Of a stretch of DNA of 64,000 nucleotides, positions 38,001 to 53,000 are shown piece by piece. The translations under genes and the position numbers were made by a program. Where the stretch lies: positions 141,236,001 to 141,300,000 of the forward strand of contig OZ024742.1 of assembly GCA_964016885.1 (NCBI GenBank), written 5' to 3'. The notes beneath the pieces were generated by a model. That model saw nothing but the letters and a program-made list of their open reading frames with translations. It had not been told where the DNA came from and ran no database searches. This DNA is from Eledone cirrhosa (Eukaryota). The stretch's first letter is position 1. Every line of letters begins with the position of its first letter.

Positions 38001-41000
38001 TCGCCCTTACTGCCGATCTCTCGCCCTTACTGCCAATTCATCGCCCTTACTGCCAATCCATCGCCCTTTCTGCCAATCTCTCGCCCTTACTGCCAATCTC
38101 TCGCCCTTACTGCCAATCTCTCGCCCTTACTGCCAATCTCTCGCCCTTACTGCCAATCTCTCGCCCTTACTGCCAATCTCTCGCCCTTACTGCCAATCCA
38201 TCGCCCTTACTGCCAATCTCTCGCCCTTACTGCCAATCTCTCGCCCTTACTGCCAATCTCTCGCCCTTACTGCCAATCTCTCGCCCTTACTGCCAATCTC
38301 TCACCCTTACTGCCAATCTCTCGCCCTTACTGCCAATCTCTCGCCCTTACTGCCAATCTCTCGCCCTTACTGCCAATCTCTCGCCCTTACTGCCAATCTC
38401 TCACCCTTACTGCCAATCTCTCGCCCTTACTGCCAATCTCTCACCCTTACTGCCAATCTCTCGCCCTTACTGCCAATCTCTCGCCCTTACTGCCAATCTC
38501 TCGCCCTTACTGCCAATCCATCGCCCTTACTGCCAATCTCTCGCCCTTACTGCCAATCTCTCGCCCTTACTGCCAATCCATCGCCCTTACTGCCAATCTC
38601 TCGCCCTTACTGCCAATCTCTCGCCCTTACTGCCAATCCATCGCTCTTACTGCCAATCCATCGCCCTTACTGCCAATCTCTCGCCCTTACTGCCAATCTC
38701 TCGCCCTTACTGCCAATCCATCGCCCTTCCTGCCAATCTCTCGCCCTTACTGCCAATCCATCGCCCTTACTGCCAATCTCTCGCCCTTACTGCCAATCTC
38801 TCGCCCTTACTGCCAATCTCTCGCCCTTACTGCCAATCTCCCCCCCTTACTGCCAATCTCTCGCCCTTACTGCCAATCTCTCGCCCTTACTGCCAATCTC
38901 TCGCCCTTACTGCCAATCCATCGCCCTTCCTGCCAATCTCTCGCCCTTACTGCCAATCCATCGCCCTTACTGCCAATCTCTCGCCCTTACTGCCAATCTC
39001 TCGCCCTTACTGCCAATCTCTCGCCCTTACTGCCAATCTCCCCCCCTTACTGCCAATCTCTCGCCCTTACTGCCAATCTCTCGCCCTTACTGCCAATCTC
39101 TCGCCCTTACTGCCAATCCATCGCCCTTCCTGCCAATCTCTCGCCCTTACTGCCAATCCATCGCCCTTACTGCCAATCTCTCGCCCTTACTGCCAATCTC
39201 TCGCCCTTACTGCCAATCTCTCGCCCTTACTGCCAATCTCCCCCCCTTACTGCCAATCTCTCGCCCTTACTGCCAATCTCTCGCCCTTACTGCCAATCTC
39301 TCGCCCTTACTGCCAATCTCTCGCCCTTACTGCCAATCTCCCCCCCTTACTGCCAATCTCTCGCCCTTACTGCCAATCTCCCCCCCTTACTGCCAATCTC
39401 TCGCCCTTACTGCCAATCCATCGCCCTTACTGCCAATCCATCGCCCTTCCTGCCAATCTCTCGCCCTTACTGCCAATCTCTCGCCCTTACTGCCAATCTC
39501 TCCCCCTTACTGCCAATCTCTCGCCCTTACTGCCAATCTCTCGCCCTTACTGCCAATCTCTCGCCCTTACTGCCAATCTCTCGCCCTTACTGCCAATCTC
39601 TCGCCCTTACTGCCAATCTCTCGCCCTTACTGCCAATCTCTCGCCCTTACTGCCAATCTCTCCCCCTTACTGCCAATCTCTCGCCCTTACTGCCAATCCA
39701 TCGCCCTTACTGCCAATCTCTCCCCCTTACTGCCAATCTCTCCCCCTTACTGCCAATCCATCGCCCTTACTGCCAATCTCTCGCCCTTACTGCCAATCTC
39801 TCGCCCTTACTGCCAATCTCTCGCCCTTACTGCCAATCTCTCCCCCTTACTGCCAATCTCTCGCCCTTACTGCCAATCTCTCGCCCTTACTGCCAATCTC
39901 TCCCCCTTACTGCCAATCTCTCCCCCTTACTGCCAATCTCTCCCCCTTACTGCCAATCCATCGCCCTTACTGCCAATCTCTCGCCCTTACTGCCAATCTC
40001 TCGCCCTTACTGCCAATCTCTCCCCCTTACTGCCAATCTCTCGCCCTTACTGCCAATCTCTCGCCCTTACTGCCAATCTCTCGCCCTTACTGCCAATCTC
40101 TCCCCCTTACTGCCAATCTCTCCCCCTTACTGCCAATCCATCGCCCTTACTGCCAATCTCTCGCCCTTACTGCCAATCTCTCGCCTTTACTGCCAATCTC
40201 TCGCCCTTACTGCCAATCTCTCGCTCTTACTGCCAATCCATCGCCCTTACTGCCAATCCATCGCCCTTACTGCCAATCTCTCGCCCTTACTGCCAATCCA
40301 TCGCCCTTACTGCCAATCCATCGCCCTTACTGCCAATCTCTCGCCCTTACTGCCAATCTCTCGCCCTTACTGCCAATCCATCGCCCTTACTGCCAATCTC
40401 TCGCCCTTACTGCCAATCTCTCGCCCTTACTGCCAATCTCCCCCCCTTACTGCCAATCTCTCGCCCTTACTGCCAATCTCTCGCCCTTACTGCCAATCTC
40501 TCGCCCTTACTGCCAATCCATCGCCCTTACTGCCAATCCATCGCCCTTCCTGCCAATCTCTCGCCCTTACTGCCAATCTCTCGCCCTTACTGCCAATCTC
40601 TCCCCCTTACTGCCAATCTCTCGCCCTTACTGCCAATCTCTCGCCCTTACTGCCAATCTCTCCCCCTTACTGCCAATCTCTCGCCCTTACTGCCAATCTC
40701 TCGCCCTTACTGCCAATCTCTCGCCCTTACTGCCAATCTCTCGCCCTTACTGCCAATCCCTCGCCCTTACTGCCAATCTCTCGCCCTTACTGCCAATCTC
40801 TCGCCCTTACTGCCAATCTCTCGCCCTTACTGCCAATCCATCGCCCTTACTGCCAATCCATCGCCCTTCCTGCCAATCCATCGCCCTTACTGCCAATCTC
40901 TCGCCCTTACTGCCAATCTCTCGCCCTTACTGCCAATCTCTCGCCCTTACTGCCAATCTCTCGCCTTTACTGCCAATCTCTCGCCCTTACTGCCAATCTC

Positions 41001-44000
41001 TCGCTCTTACTGCCAATCCATCGCCCTTACTGCCAATCTCTCGCCCTTACTGCCAATCTCTCGCCCTTACTGCCAATCTCTCGCCCTTACTGCCAATCCA
41101 TCGCCCTTACTGCCAATCCATCGCCCTTACTGCCAATCTCTCGCCCTTACTGCCAATCTCTCGCCCTTACTGCCAATCTCCCCCCCTTACTGCCAATCTC
41201 TCGCCCTTACTGCCAATCTCTCGCCCTTACTGCCAATCTCTCGCCCTTACTGCCAATCCATCGCCCTTACTGCCAATCCATCGCCCTTCCTGCCAATCTC
41301 TCGCCCTTACTGCCAATCCATCGCCCTTACTGCCAATCTCTCGCCCTTACTGCCAATCTCTCGCCCTTACTGCCAATCTCTCGCCCTTACTGCCAATCCA
41401 TCGCCCTTACTGCCAATCCATCGCCCTTACTGCCAATCTCTCGCCCTTACTGCCAATCTCTCGCCCTTACTGCCAATCCATCGCCCTTACTGCCAATCCA
41501 TCGCCCTTCCTGCCAATCTCTCGCCCTTACTGCCAATCCATCGCCCTTACTGCCAATCTCTCGCCCTTACTGCCAATCTCTCGCCCTTACTGCCAATCTC
41601 CCCCCCTTACTGCCAATCTCTCGCCCTTACTGCCAATCTCTCGCCCTTACTGCCAATCTCTCGCCCTTACTGCCAATCCATCGCCCTTACTGCCAATCCA
41701 TCGCCCTTCCTGCCAATCTCTCGCCCTTACTGCCAATCCATCGCCCTTACTGCCAATCTCTCGCCCTTACTTCCAATCTCTCGCCCTTACTGCCAATCTC
41801 TCCCCCTTACTGCCAATCTCTCGCCCTTACTGCCAATCTCTCGCCCTTTCTGCCAATCCATCGCCCTTACTGCCAATCTCTCGCCCTTACTGCCAATCTC
41901 TCGCCCTTACTGCCAATCTCTCGCCCTTACTGCCAATCTCTCGCCCTTACTGCCAATCTCTCGCCTTTACTGCCAATCTCTCGCCCTTACTGCCAATCTC
42001 TCGCCCTTACTGCCAATCTCTCGCCCTTACTGCCAATCTCTCGCCCTTACTGCCAATCTCTCGCCCTTACTGCCGATCTCTCCCCCTTACTGCCAATCTC
42101 TCGCCCTTACTGCCAATCCATCGCCCTTCCTGCCAATCTCTCGCCCTTACTGCCAATCTCTCGCGCTTACTGCCAATCTCTCGCCCTTACTGCCAATCCA
42201 TCGCCCTTACTGCCGATCTCTCGCCCTTACTGCCAATTCATCGCCCTTACTGCCAATCCATCGCCCTTTCTGCCAATCTCTCGCCCTTACTGCCAATCTC
42301 TCGTCCTTACTGCCAATCTCTCGCCCTTACTGCCAATCTCTCGCCCTTACTGCCAATCTCTCGCCCTTACTGCCAATCTCTCGCCCTTACTGCCAATCTC
42401 TCGCCCTTACTGCCAATCCATCGCCCTTACTGCCAATCTCTCGCCCTTACTGCCAATCTCTCGCCCTTACTGCCAATCCATCGCCCTTTCTGCCAATCTC
42501 TCGCCCTTACTGCCAATCTCTCGCCCTTACTGCCAATCTCTCGCCCTTACTGCCAATCTCACGCCCTTACTGACAATCTCTCGCCCTTACTGCCAATCTC
42601 TCGCCCTTACTGCCGATCTCTCGCCCTTACTGCCAATTCATCGCCCTTACTGCCAATCCATCGCCCTTTCTGCCAATCTCTCGCCCTTACTGCCAATCTC
42701 TCGCCCTTACTGCCAATCCATCGCCCTTACTGCCAATCTCTCGCCCTTACTGCCAATCTCTCGCCCTTACTGCCAATCCATCGCTCTTACTGCCAATCTC
42801 TCGCCCTTACTGCCAATCCATCGCCCTTACTGCCAATCTCTCGCCCTTACTGCCAATCCATCGCCCTTACTGCCAATCTCTCGCCCTTACTGCCAATCCA
42901 TCGCTCTTACTGCCAATCTCTCGCCCTTACTGCCAATCCATCGCCCTTACTGCCAATCTCTCGCCCTTACTGCCAATCTCTCGCCCTTACTGCCAATCCA
43001 TCGCCCTTACTGCCAATCTCTCGCCCTTACTGCCAATCTCTCGCCCTTACTGCCAATCCATCGCCCTTACTGCCAATCCATCGCCCTTACTGCCAATCTC
43101 TCGCCCTTACAGCCAATCCATCGCCCTTACTGCCGATCTCTCGCCCTTACTGCCAATCTCTCGCCCTTACTGCCAATCCATCGCCCTTACTGCCAATCTC
43201 TCGCCCTTACTGCCAATCTCTCGCCCTTACTGCCAATCTCTCGCCCTTACTGCCAATCCATCGCCCTTACTGCCAATCTCTCGCCCTTACAGCCAATCCA
43301 TCGCCCTTACTGCCGATCTCTCGCCCTTACTGCCAATCCATCGCCCTTACTGCCAATCCATCGCCCTTCCTGCCAATCTCTCGCCCTTACTGCCAATCTC
43401 TCGCCCTTACTGCCAATCCATCGCCCTTACTGCCAATCCATCGCCCTTACTGCCGATCTCTCGCCCTTACTGCCAATTCATCGCCCTTACTGCCAATCCA
43501 TCGCCCTTTCTGCCAATCTCTCGCCCTTACTGCCAATCTCTCGCCCTTACTGCCAATCTCTCGCCCTTACTGCCAATCTCTCGCCCTTACTGCCAATCTC
43601 TCGCCCTTACTGCCAATCCATCGCCCTTACTGCCAATCTCTCGCCCTTACTGCCAATCTCTCGCCCTTACTGCCAATCCATCGCTCTTACTGCCAATCCA
43701 TCGCCCTTACTGCCAATCCATCGCCCTTTCTGCCAATCTCTCGCCCTTACTGCCAATCTCTCGTCCTTACTGCCAATCCATCGCCCTTACTGCCAATCCA
43801 TCGCCCTTTCTGCCAATCTCTCGCCCTTACTGCCAATCTCTCGTCCTTACTGCCAATCTCTCGCCCTTACTGCCAATCCATCGCCCTTTCTGCCAATCTC
43901 TCGCCCTTACTGCCAATCTCTCGCCCTTACTGCCAATCTCTCGCCCTTACTGCCAATCTCTCGTCCTTACTGCCAATCTCTCGCCCTTACTGCCAATCTC

Positions 44001-47000
44001 TCGCCCTTACTGCCAATCTCTCGCCCTTACTGCCAATCTCTCGCCCTTACTGCCAATCTCTCGCCCTTACTGCCAATCCATCGCCCTTACTGCCAATCCA
44101 TCGCCCTTACTGCCAATCTCTCGCCCTTACTGCCAATCTCTCGCCCTTACTGCCAATCTCTCGCCCTTACTGCCAATCTCTCGCCCTTACTGCCAATCTC
44201 TCGCCCTTACTGCCAATCCATCGCCCTTACTGCCAATCTCTCGCCCTTACTGCCAATCTCTCGCCCTTACTGCCAATCTCTCGCCCTTACTGCCAATCTC
44301 TCGTCCTTACTGCCAATCTCTCGCCCTTACTGCCAATCTCTCGCCCTTACTGCCAATCTCTCGCCCTTACTGCCAATCTCTCGTCCTTACTGCCAATCTC
44401 TCGCCCTTACTGCCAATCTCTCGCCCTTACTGCCAATCTCTCGCCCTTACTGCCAATCTCTCGCCCTTACTGCCAATCTCTCGCCCTTACTGCCAATCCA
44501 TCGCCCTTACTGCCAATCTCTCGCCCTTACTGCCAATCTCTCGCCCTTACTGCCAATCTCTCGTCCTTACTGCCAATCCATCGCCCTTACTGCCAATCCA
44601 TCGCTCTTACTGCCAATCTCTCGCCCTTACTGCCAATCTCTCGCCCTTACTGCCAATCTCTCGCCCTTACTGCCAATCCATCGCCCTTACTGCCAATCTC
44701 TCGCCCTTACTGCCAATCTCTCGCCCTTACTGCCAATCTCTCGCCCTTACTGCCAATCCATCGCCCTTACTGCCAATCCATCGCCCTTACTGACAATCTC
44801 TCGCCCTTACTGCCAATCTCTCGCCCTTACTGCCAATCCATCGCCCTTCCTGCCAATCTCACGCCCTTACTGACAATCTCTCCCCCTTACTGCCAATCTC
44901 TCGCCCTTACTGCCAATCTCTCGCCCTTACTGCCAATCTCTCGCCCTTACTGCCAATCTCCCCCCCTTATTGCCAATCTCTCGCCCTTACTGCCGATCTC
45001 TCGCCCTTACTGCCAATCTCTCGCCCTTACTGCCAATCTCTCGCCCTTACTGCCAATCTCTCGCCCTTACTGCCGATCTCTCGCCCTTACTGCCAATCTC
45101 TCGCCCTTACTGCCGATCTCTCGCCCTTACTGCCAATCCATCGCCCTTACTGCCAATCTCTCGCCCTTACTGCCGATCTCTAGCCCTTACTGCCAATCCA
45201 TCGCCCTTACTGCCAATCTCTCGCCCTTACTGCCAATCTCTCGCCCTTACTGCCAATCTCTCGCCCTTACTGCCAATCTCTCCCCCTTACTGCCAATCCA
45301 TCGCCCTTCCTGCCAATCTCTCGCCCTTACTGCCAATCTCTCGCCCTTACTGCCGATCTCTCGCCCTTACTGCCAATCCATCGCCCTTACTGCCAATCTC
45401 TCGCCCTTACTGCCAATCTCTCGCCCTTACTGCCAATCTCTCCCCCTTACTGCCAATCTCTCGCCCTTACTGCCAATCTCTCGCCCTTACTGCCAATCCA
45501 TCGCCCTTCCTGCCAATCTCTCGCCCTTACTGCCAATCTCTCGCCCTTACTGCCAATCTCTCGCCCTTACTGCCAATCCCTCGCCCTTACTGCCAATCCA
45601 TCGCCCTTCCTGCCAATCTCTCGCCCTTACTGCCAATCTCTCGCCCTTACTGCCAATCTCTCGCCCTTACTGCCAATCCATCGCCCTTCCTGCCAATCTC
45701 TCGCCCTTACTGCCAATCTCTCGCCCTTACTGCCAATCTCTCGCCCTTACTGCCAATCCATCGCCCTTCCTGCCAATCTCTCGCCCTTACTGCCAATCTC
45801 TCGCCCTTACTGCCAATCTCTCGCCCTTACTGCCAATCTCTCGCCCTTACTGCCAATCTCTCGCCCTTACTGCCAATTCATCGCCCTTACTGCCAATCCA
45901 TCGCCCTTTCTGCCAATCTCTCGCCCTTACTGCCAATCTCTCGCCCTTACTGCCAATCTCTCGCCCTTACTGCCAATCTCTCGCCCTTACTGCCAATCTC
46001 TCGCCCTTACTGCCAATCCATCGCCCTTCCTGCCAATCTCTCGCCCTTACTGCCAATCTCTCGCCCTTACTGCCAATCCATCGCCCTTCCTGCCAATCTC
46101 TCGCCCTTACTGCCAATCTCTCGCCCTTACTGCCAATCCATCGCCCTTCCTGCCAATCTCTCGCCCTTACTGCCGATCTCTCGCCCTTACTGCCAATCCA
46201 TCGCCCTTACTGCCAATCTCTCGCCCTTACTGCCGATCTCTCGCCCTTACTGCCAATCCATCGCCCTTACTGCCAATCTCTCGCCCTTACTGCCGATCTC
46301 TCGCCCTTACTGCCAATTCATCGCCCTTACTGCCAATCCATCGCCCTTTCTGCCAATCTCTCGCCCTTACTGCCAATCTCTCGTCCTTACTGCCAATCTC
46401 TCGCCCTTACTGCCAATCTCTCGCCCTTACTGCCAATCTCTCGCCCTTACTGCCAATCTCTCGCCCTTACTGCCAATCCATCGCCCTTCCTGCCAATCTC
46501 TCGCCCTTACTGCCAATCTCTCGCCCTTACTGCCAATCCATCGCCCTTCCTGCCAATCTCTCGCCCTTACTGCCAATCTCTCGCCCTTACTGCCAATCCA
46601 TCGCCCTTCCTGCCAATCTCTCGCCCTTACTGCCGATCTCTCGCCCTTACTGCCAATCCATCGCCCTTACTGCCAATCTCTCGCCCTTACTGCCAATCAC
46701 TCGCCCTTACTGCCAATCCATCGCCCTTACTGCCAATCCATCGCCCTTCCTGCCAATCTCTCGCCCTTACTGCCAATCTCTCGCCCTTACTGCCAATCTC
46801 TCGCCCTTACAGCCAATCCATCGCCCTTACTGCCGATCTCTCGCCCTTACTGCCAATTCATCGCCCTTACTGCCAATCCATCGCCCTTTCTGCCAATCTC
46901 TCGCCCTTACTGCCAATCTCTCGTCCTTACTGCCAATCTCTCGCCCTTACTGCCAATCCATCGCCCTTACTGCCAATCTCTCGCCCTTACTGCCAATCTC

Positions 47001-50000
47001 TCGCCCTTACTGCCAATCCATCGCCCTTACTGCCAATCTCTCGTCCTTACTGCCAATCTCTCGCCCTTACTGCCAATCTCTCGCCCTTACTGCCAATCTC
47101 TCGCCCTTACTGCCAATCTCTCGCCCTTACTGCCAATCTCACGCCCTTACTGACAATCTCTCGCCCTTACTGCCAATCTCTCGCCCTTACTGCCAATCCA
47201 TCGCCCTTACTGCCAATCCATCGCCCTTCCTGCCAATCTCACGCCCTTACTGCCAATCTCTCGCCCTTACTGCCAATCCATCGCCCTTACTGCCAATCTC
47301 TCGCCCTTACTGCCAATCTCTCGCCCTTACTGCCAATCTCTCGCCCTTACTGCCAATCTCACGCCCTTACTGACAATCTCTCGCCCTTACTGCCAATCTC
47401 TCGCCCTTACTGCCAATCCATCGCCCTTACTGCCAATCCATCGCCCTTCCTGCCAATCTCACGCCCTTACTGCCAATCTCTCGCCCTTACTGCCAATCCA
47501 TCGCCCTTACTGCCAATCTCTCGCCCTTACTGCCAATCTCTCGCCCTTACTGCCAATCCATCGCCCTTACTGCCAATCTCTCGCCCTTACTGCCAATCTC
47601 TCGCCCTTACTGCCAATCTCTCGCCCTTCCTGCCAATCTCACGCCCTTACTGCCAATCTCTCCCCCTTACTGCCAATCTCTCGCCCTTACTGCCAATCCA
47701 TCGCCCTTACTGCCAATCCATCGCCCTTACTGCCAATCTCTCGCCCTTACTGCCAATCCATCGCCCTTCCTGCCAATCTCTCGCCCTTACTGACAATCTC
47801 TCGCCCTTACTGCCAATCTCTCGCCCTTACTGCCAATCCATCGCCCTTACTGCCAATCTCTCGCCCTTACTGCCAATCTCTCGCCCTTACTGCCAATCTC
47901 TCGCCCTTACTGCCAATCTCCCCCCCTTACTGCCAATCTCTCGCCCTTACTGCCAATCTCTCGCCCTTACTGCCAATCTCTCGCCCTTACTGCCAATCCA
48001 TCGCCCTTACTGCCAATCCATCGCCCTTACTGCCAATCCATCGCCCTTACTGCCAATCTCTCGCCCTTACTGCCAATCTCTCCCCCTTACTGCCAATCTC
48101 TCGCCCTTACTGCCAATCTCCCCCCCTTACTGCCAATCTCTCGCCCTTACTGCCAATCTCTCGCCCTTACTGCCAATCTCTCGCCCTTACTGCCAATCTC
48201 TCGCCCTTACTGCCAATCTCTCCCCCTTACTGCCAATCTCTCGCCCTTACTGCCAATCCATCGCCCTTACTGCCAATCCATCGCCCTTACTGCCAATCTC
48301 TCGCCCTTACTGCCAATCTCTCGCCCTTACTGCCAATCCATCGCCCTTACTGCCAATCTCTCCCCCTTACTGCCAATCTCTCGCCCTTACTGCCAATCCA
48401 TCGCCCTTACTGCCAATCCATCGCCCTTACTGCCAATCTCTCGCCCTTACTGCCAATCCATCGCCCTTACTGCCAATCCATCGCCCTTACTGCCAATCCA
48501 TCGCCCTTACTGCCAATCTCTCGCCCTTACTGCCAATCCATCGCCCTTACTGCCAATCTCTCGCCCTTACTGCCAATCTCTCGCCCTTACTGCCAATCTC
48601 TCGCCCTTACTGCCAATCTCTCGCCCTTACTGCCAATCTCTCCCCCTTACTGCCAATCTCTCGCCCTTACTGCCAATCCATCGCCCTTACTGCCAATCCA
48701 TCGCCCTTACTGCCAATCCATCGCCCTTACTGCCAATCTCTCGCCCTTACTGCCAATCCATCGCCCTTACTGCCAATCCATCGCCCTTACTGCCAATCCA
48801 TCGCCCTTACTGCCGATCTCTCGCCCTTACTGCCAATCCATCGCCCTTACTGCCAATCCATCGCCCTTACTGCCAATCCATCGCCCTTACTGCCAATCTC
48901 TCGCCCTTACTGCCAATCCATCGCCCTTACTGCCAATCTCTCCCCCTTACTGCCAATCTCTCGCCCTTACTGCCAATCCATCGCCCTTACTGCCAATCCA
49001 TCGCCCTTACTGCCAATCCATCGCCCTTACTGCCAATCCATCGCCCTTACTGCCAATCTCTCGCCCTTACTGCCAATCCATCGCCCTTACTGCCAATCTC
49101 TCGCCCTTACTGCCAATCCATCGCCCTTACTGCCAATCCATCGCCCTTACTGCCAATCCATCGCCCTTACTGCCGATCTCTCGCCCTTACTGCCAATCCA
49201 TCGCCCTTACTGCCAATCCATCGCCCTTACTGCCAATCCATCGCCCTTACTGCCAATCTCTCGCCCTTACTGCCAATCCATCGCCCTTACTGCCAATCTC
49301 TCGCCCTTACTGCCAATCTCTCGCCCTTACTGCCAATCTCTCGCCCTTACTGCCAATCCATCGCCCTTACTGCCAATCTCTCGCCCTTACTGCCAATCCA
49401 TCGCCCTTACTGCCAATCTCTCCCCCTTACTGCCAATCTCTCGCCCTTACTGCCAATCCATCGCCCTTACTGCCAATCCATCGCCCTTACTGCCAATCCA
49501 TCGCCCTTACTGCCAATCCATCGCCCTTACTGCCAATCTCTCGCCCTTACTGCCAATCCATCGCCCTTACTGCCAATCTCTCGCCCTTACTGCCAATCTC
49601 TCGCCCTTACTGCCAATCTCTCGCCCTTACTGCCAATCCATCGCCCTTACTGCCAATCTCTCGCCCTTACTGCCAATCCATCGCCCTTACTGCCAATCTC
49701 TCCCCCTTACTGCCAATCTCTCGCCCTTACTGCCAATCCATCGCCCTTACTGCCAATCCATCGCCCTTACTGCCAATCCATCGCCCTTACTGCCAATCCA
49801 TCGCCCTTACTGCCAATCTCTCGCCCTTACTGCCAATCCATCGCCCTTACTGCCAATCTCTCGCCCTTACTGCCAATCCATCGCCCTTACTGCCAATCCA
49901 TCGCCCTTACTGCCAATCCATCGCCCTTACTGCCAATCTCTCCCCCTTACTGCCAATCTCTCGCCCTTACTGCCAATCCATCGCCCTTACTGCCAATCCA

Positions 50001-53000
50001 TCGCCCTTACTGCCAATCCATCGCCCTTACTGCCAATCCATCGCCCTTACTGCCAATCTCTCGCCCTTACTGCCAATCCATCGCCCTTACTGCCAATCTC
50101 TCGCCCTTACTGCCAATCCATCGCCCTTACTGCCAATCCATCGCCCTTACTGCCAATCCATCGCCCTTACTGCCAATCCATCGCCCTTACTGCCAATCTC
50201 TCGCCCTTACTGCCAATCTCTCCCCCTTACTGCCAATCTCTCGCCCTTACTGCCAATCCATCGCCCTTACTGCCAATCCATCGCCCTTACTGCCAATCCA
50301 TCGCCCTTTCTGCCAATCTCTCGCCCTTACTGCCAATCCATCGCCCTTACTGCCAATCCATCGCCCTTACTGCCAATCCATCGCCCTTACTGCCGATCTC
50401 TCGCCCTTACTGCCAATCCATCGCCCTTACTGCCAATCCATCGCCCTTACTGCCAATCTCTCGCCCTTACTGCCAATCTCTCGCCCTTACTGCCAATCCA
50501 TCGCCCTTACTGCCAATCTCTCGCCCTTACTGCCAATCTCCCCCCCTTACTGCCAATCTCTCGCCCTTACTGCCAATCTCTCGCCCTTACTGCCAATCCA
50601 TCGCCCTTACTGCCAATCCATCGCCCTTCCTGCCAATCTCTCGCCCTTACTGCCAATCTCTCGCCCTTTCTGCCAATCTCTCCCCCTTACTGCCAATCTC
50701 TCGCCCTTACTGCCAATCTCTCGCCCTTACTGCCAATCTCTCGCCCTTACTGCCAATCTCTCGCCCTTACTGCCAATCTCTCGCCCTTACTGCCAATCTC
50801 TCGCCCTTTCTGCCAATCTCTCCCCCTTACTGCCAATCTCTCGCCCTTACTGCCAATCTCTCGCCCTTCCTGCCAATCTCTCCCCCTTACTGCCAATCTC
50901 TCGCCCTTACTGCCAATCTCTCGCCTTTACTGCCAATCTCTCGCCCTTACTGCCAATCTCTCGCCCTTACTGCCAATCTCTCGCCTTTACTGCCAATCTC
51001 CCCCCCTTACTGCCAATCTCTCGCCCTTACTGCCAATCTCTCGCCCTTACTGCCAATCTCTCGCCCTTACTGCCAATCCATCGCCCTTACTGCCAATCTC
51101 TCGCCCTTACTTCCAATCTCTCGCCCTTACTGCCAATCTCTCCCCCTTACTGCCAATTCATCGCCCTTTCTGCCAATCCATCGCCCTTACTGCCGATCTC
51201 TCGCCCTTACTGCCAATCTCTCGCCCTTACTGCCAATCTCTCCCCCTTACTGCCAATCTCTCGCCCTTACTGCCAATCCATCGCCCTTACTGCCAATCTC
51301 TCGCCCTTACTGCCAATCCATCGCCCTTCCTGCCAATCTCTCGCCCTTACTGCCAATCTCTCGCCCTTACTGCCAATCTCTCGCCCTTACTGCCAATCTC
51401 TCGCCCTTACTGCCAATCCATCGCCCTTACTGCCGATCTCTCGCCCTTACTGCCAATTCATCGCCCTTACTGCCAATCCATCGCCCTTTCTGCCAATCTC
51501 TCGCCCTTACTGCCAATCTCTCGTCCTTACTGCCAATCTCTCGCCCTTACTGCCAATCCATCGCCCTTACTGCCGATCTCTCGCCCTTACTGCCAATCCA
51601 TCGCCCTTACTGCCAATCTCTCGCCCTTACTGCCAATCCATCGCCCTTACTGCCAATCTCTCGCCCTTACTGCCAATCTCTCGCCCTTACTGCCAATCTC
51701 TCGCCCTTACTGCCAATCTCTCGTCCTTACTGCCAATCTCTCGCCCTTACTGCCAATCCATCGCCCTTACTGCCGATCTCTCGCCCTTACTGCCAATCCA
51801 TCGCCCTTACTGCCAATCTCTCGCCCTTACTGCCGATCTCTCGCCCTTACTGCCAATCCATCGCCCTTACTGCCGATCTCTCGCCCTTACTGCCAATCTC
51901 TCGCCCTTACTGCCAATCCATTGCCCTTACTGCCAATCTCTCGTCCTTACTGCCAATCTCTCGCCCTTACTGCCAATCCATCGCCCTTACTGCCGATCTC
52001 TCGCCCTTACTGCCAATCTCTCGCCCTTACTGCCAATCTCTCGCCCTTACTGCCAATCCATCGCCCTTCCTGCCAATCTCTCGCCCTTACTGACAATCTC
52101 TCGCCCTTACTGCCAATCTCTCGCCCTTACTGCCAATCCATCGCCCTTACTGCCAATCTCTCGCCCTTACTGCCAATCTCTCGCCCTTACTGCCAATCTC
52201 TCGCCCTTACTGCCAATCTCTCGCCCTTACTGCCAATCTCTCGCCCTTACTGCCAATCCATCGCTCTTACTGCCAATCCATCGCCCTTACTGCCAATCTC
52301 TCGCCCTTACTGCCAATCTCTCGCCCTTACTGCCAATCTCTCGCCCTTACTGCCAATCTCTCGCCCTTACTGCCAATCTCTCGCCCTTACTGCCAATCTC
52401 TCGCCCTTACTGCCAATCTCTCGCCCTTACTGCCAATCCATCGCTCTTACTGCCAATCCATCGCCCTTACTGCCAATCTCTCGCCCTTACTGCCAATCTC
52501 TCGCCCTTACTGCCAATCTCTCGCCCTTACTGCCAATCTCTCGCCCTTACTGCCAATCTCTCGCCCTTACTGCCAATCTCTCGCCCTTACTGCCAATCTC
52601 TCGCCCTTACTGCCAATCTCTCGCCCTTACTGCCAATCCATCGCTCTTACTGCCAATCCATCGCCCTTACTGCCAATCTCTCGCCCTTACTGCCAATCTC
52701 TCGCCCTTACTGCCAATCTCTCGCCCTTACTGCCAATCTCTCGCCCTTACTGCCAATCTCTCGCCCTTACTGCCAATCTCTCGCCCTTACTGCCAATCTC
52801 TCGCCCTTACTGCCAATCTCTCGCCCTTACTGCCAATCCATCGCTCTTACTGCCAATCCATCGCCCTTACTGCCAATCTCTCGCCCTTACTGCCAATCTC
52901 TCGCCCTTACTGCCAATCTCTCGCCCTTACTGCCAATCTCTCGCCCTTACTGCCAATCTCTCGCCCTTACTGCCAATCCATCGCCCTTACTGCCAATCTC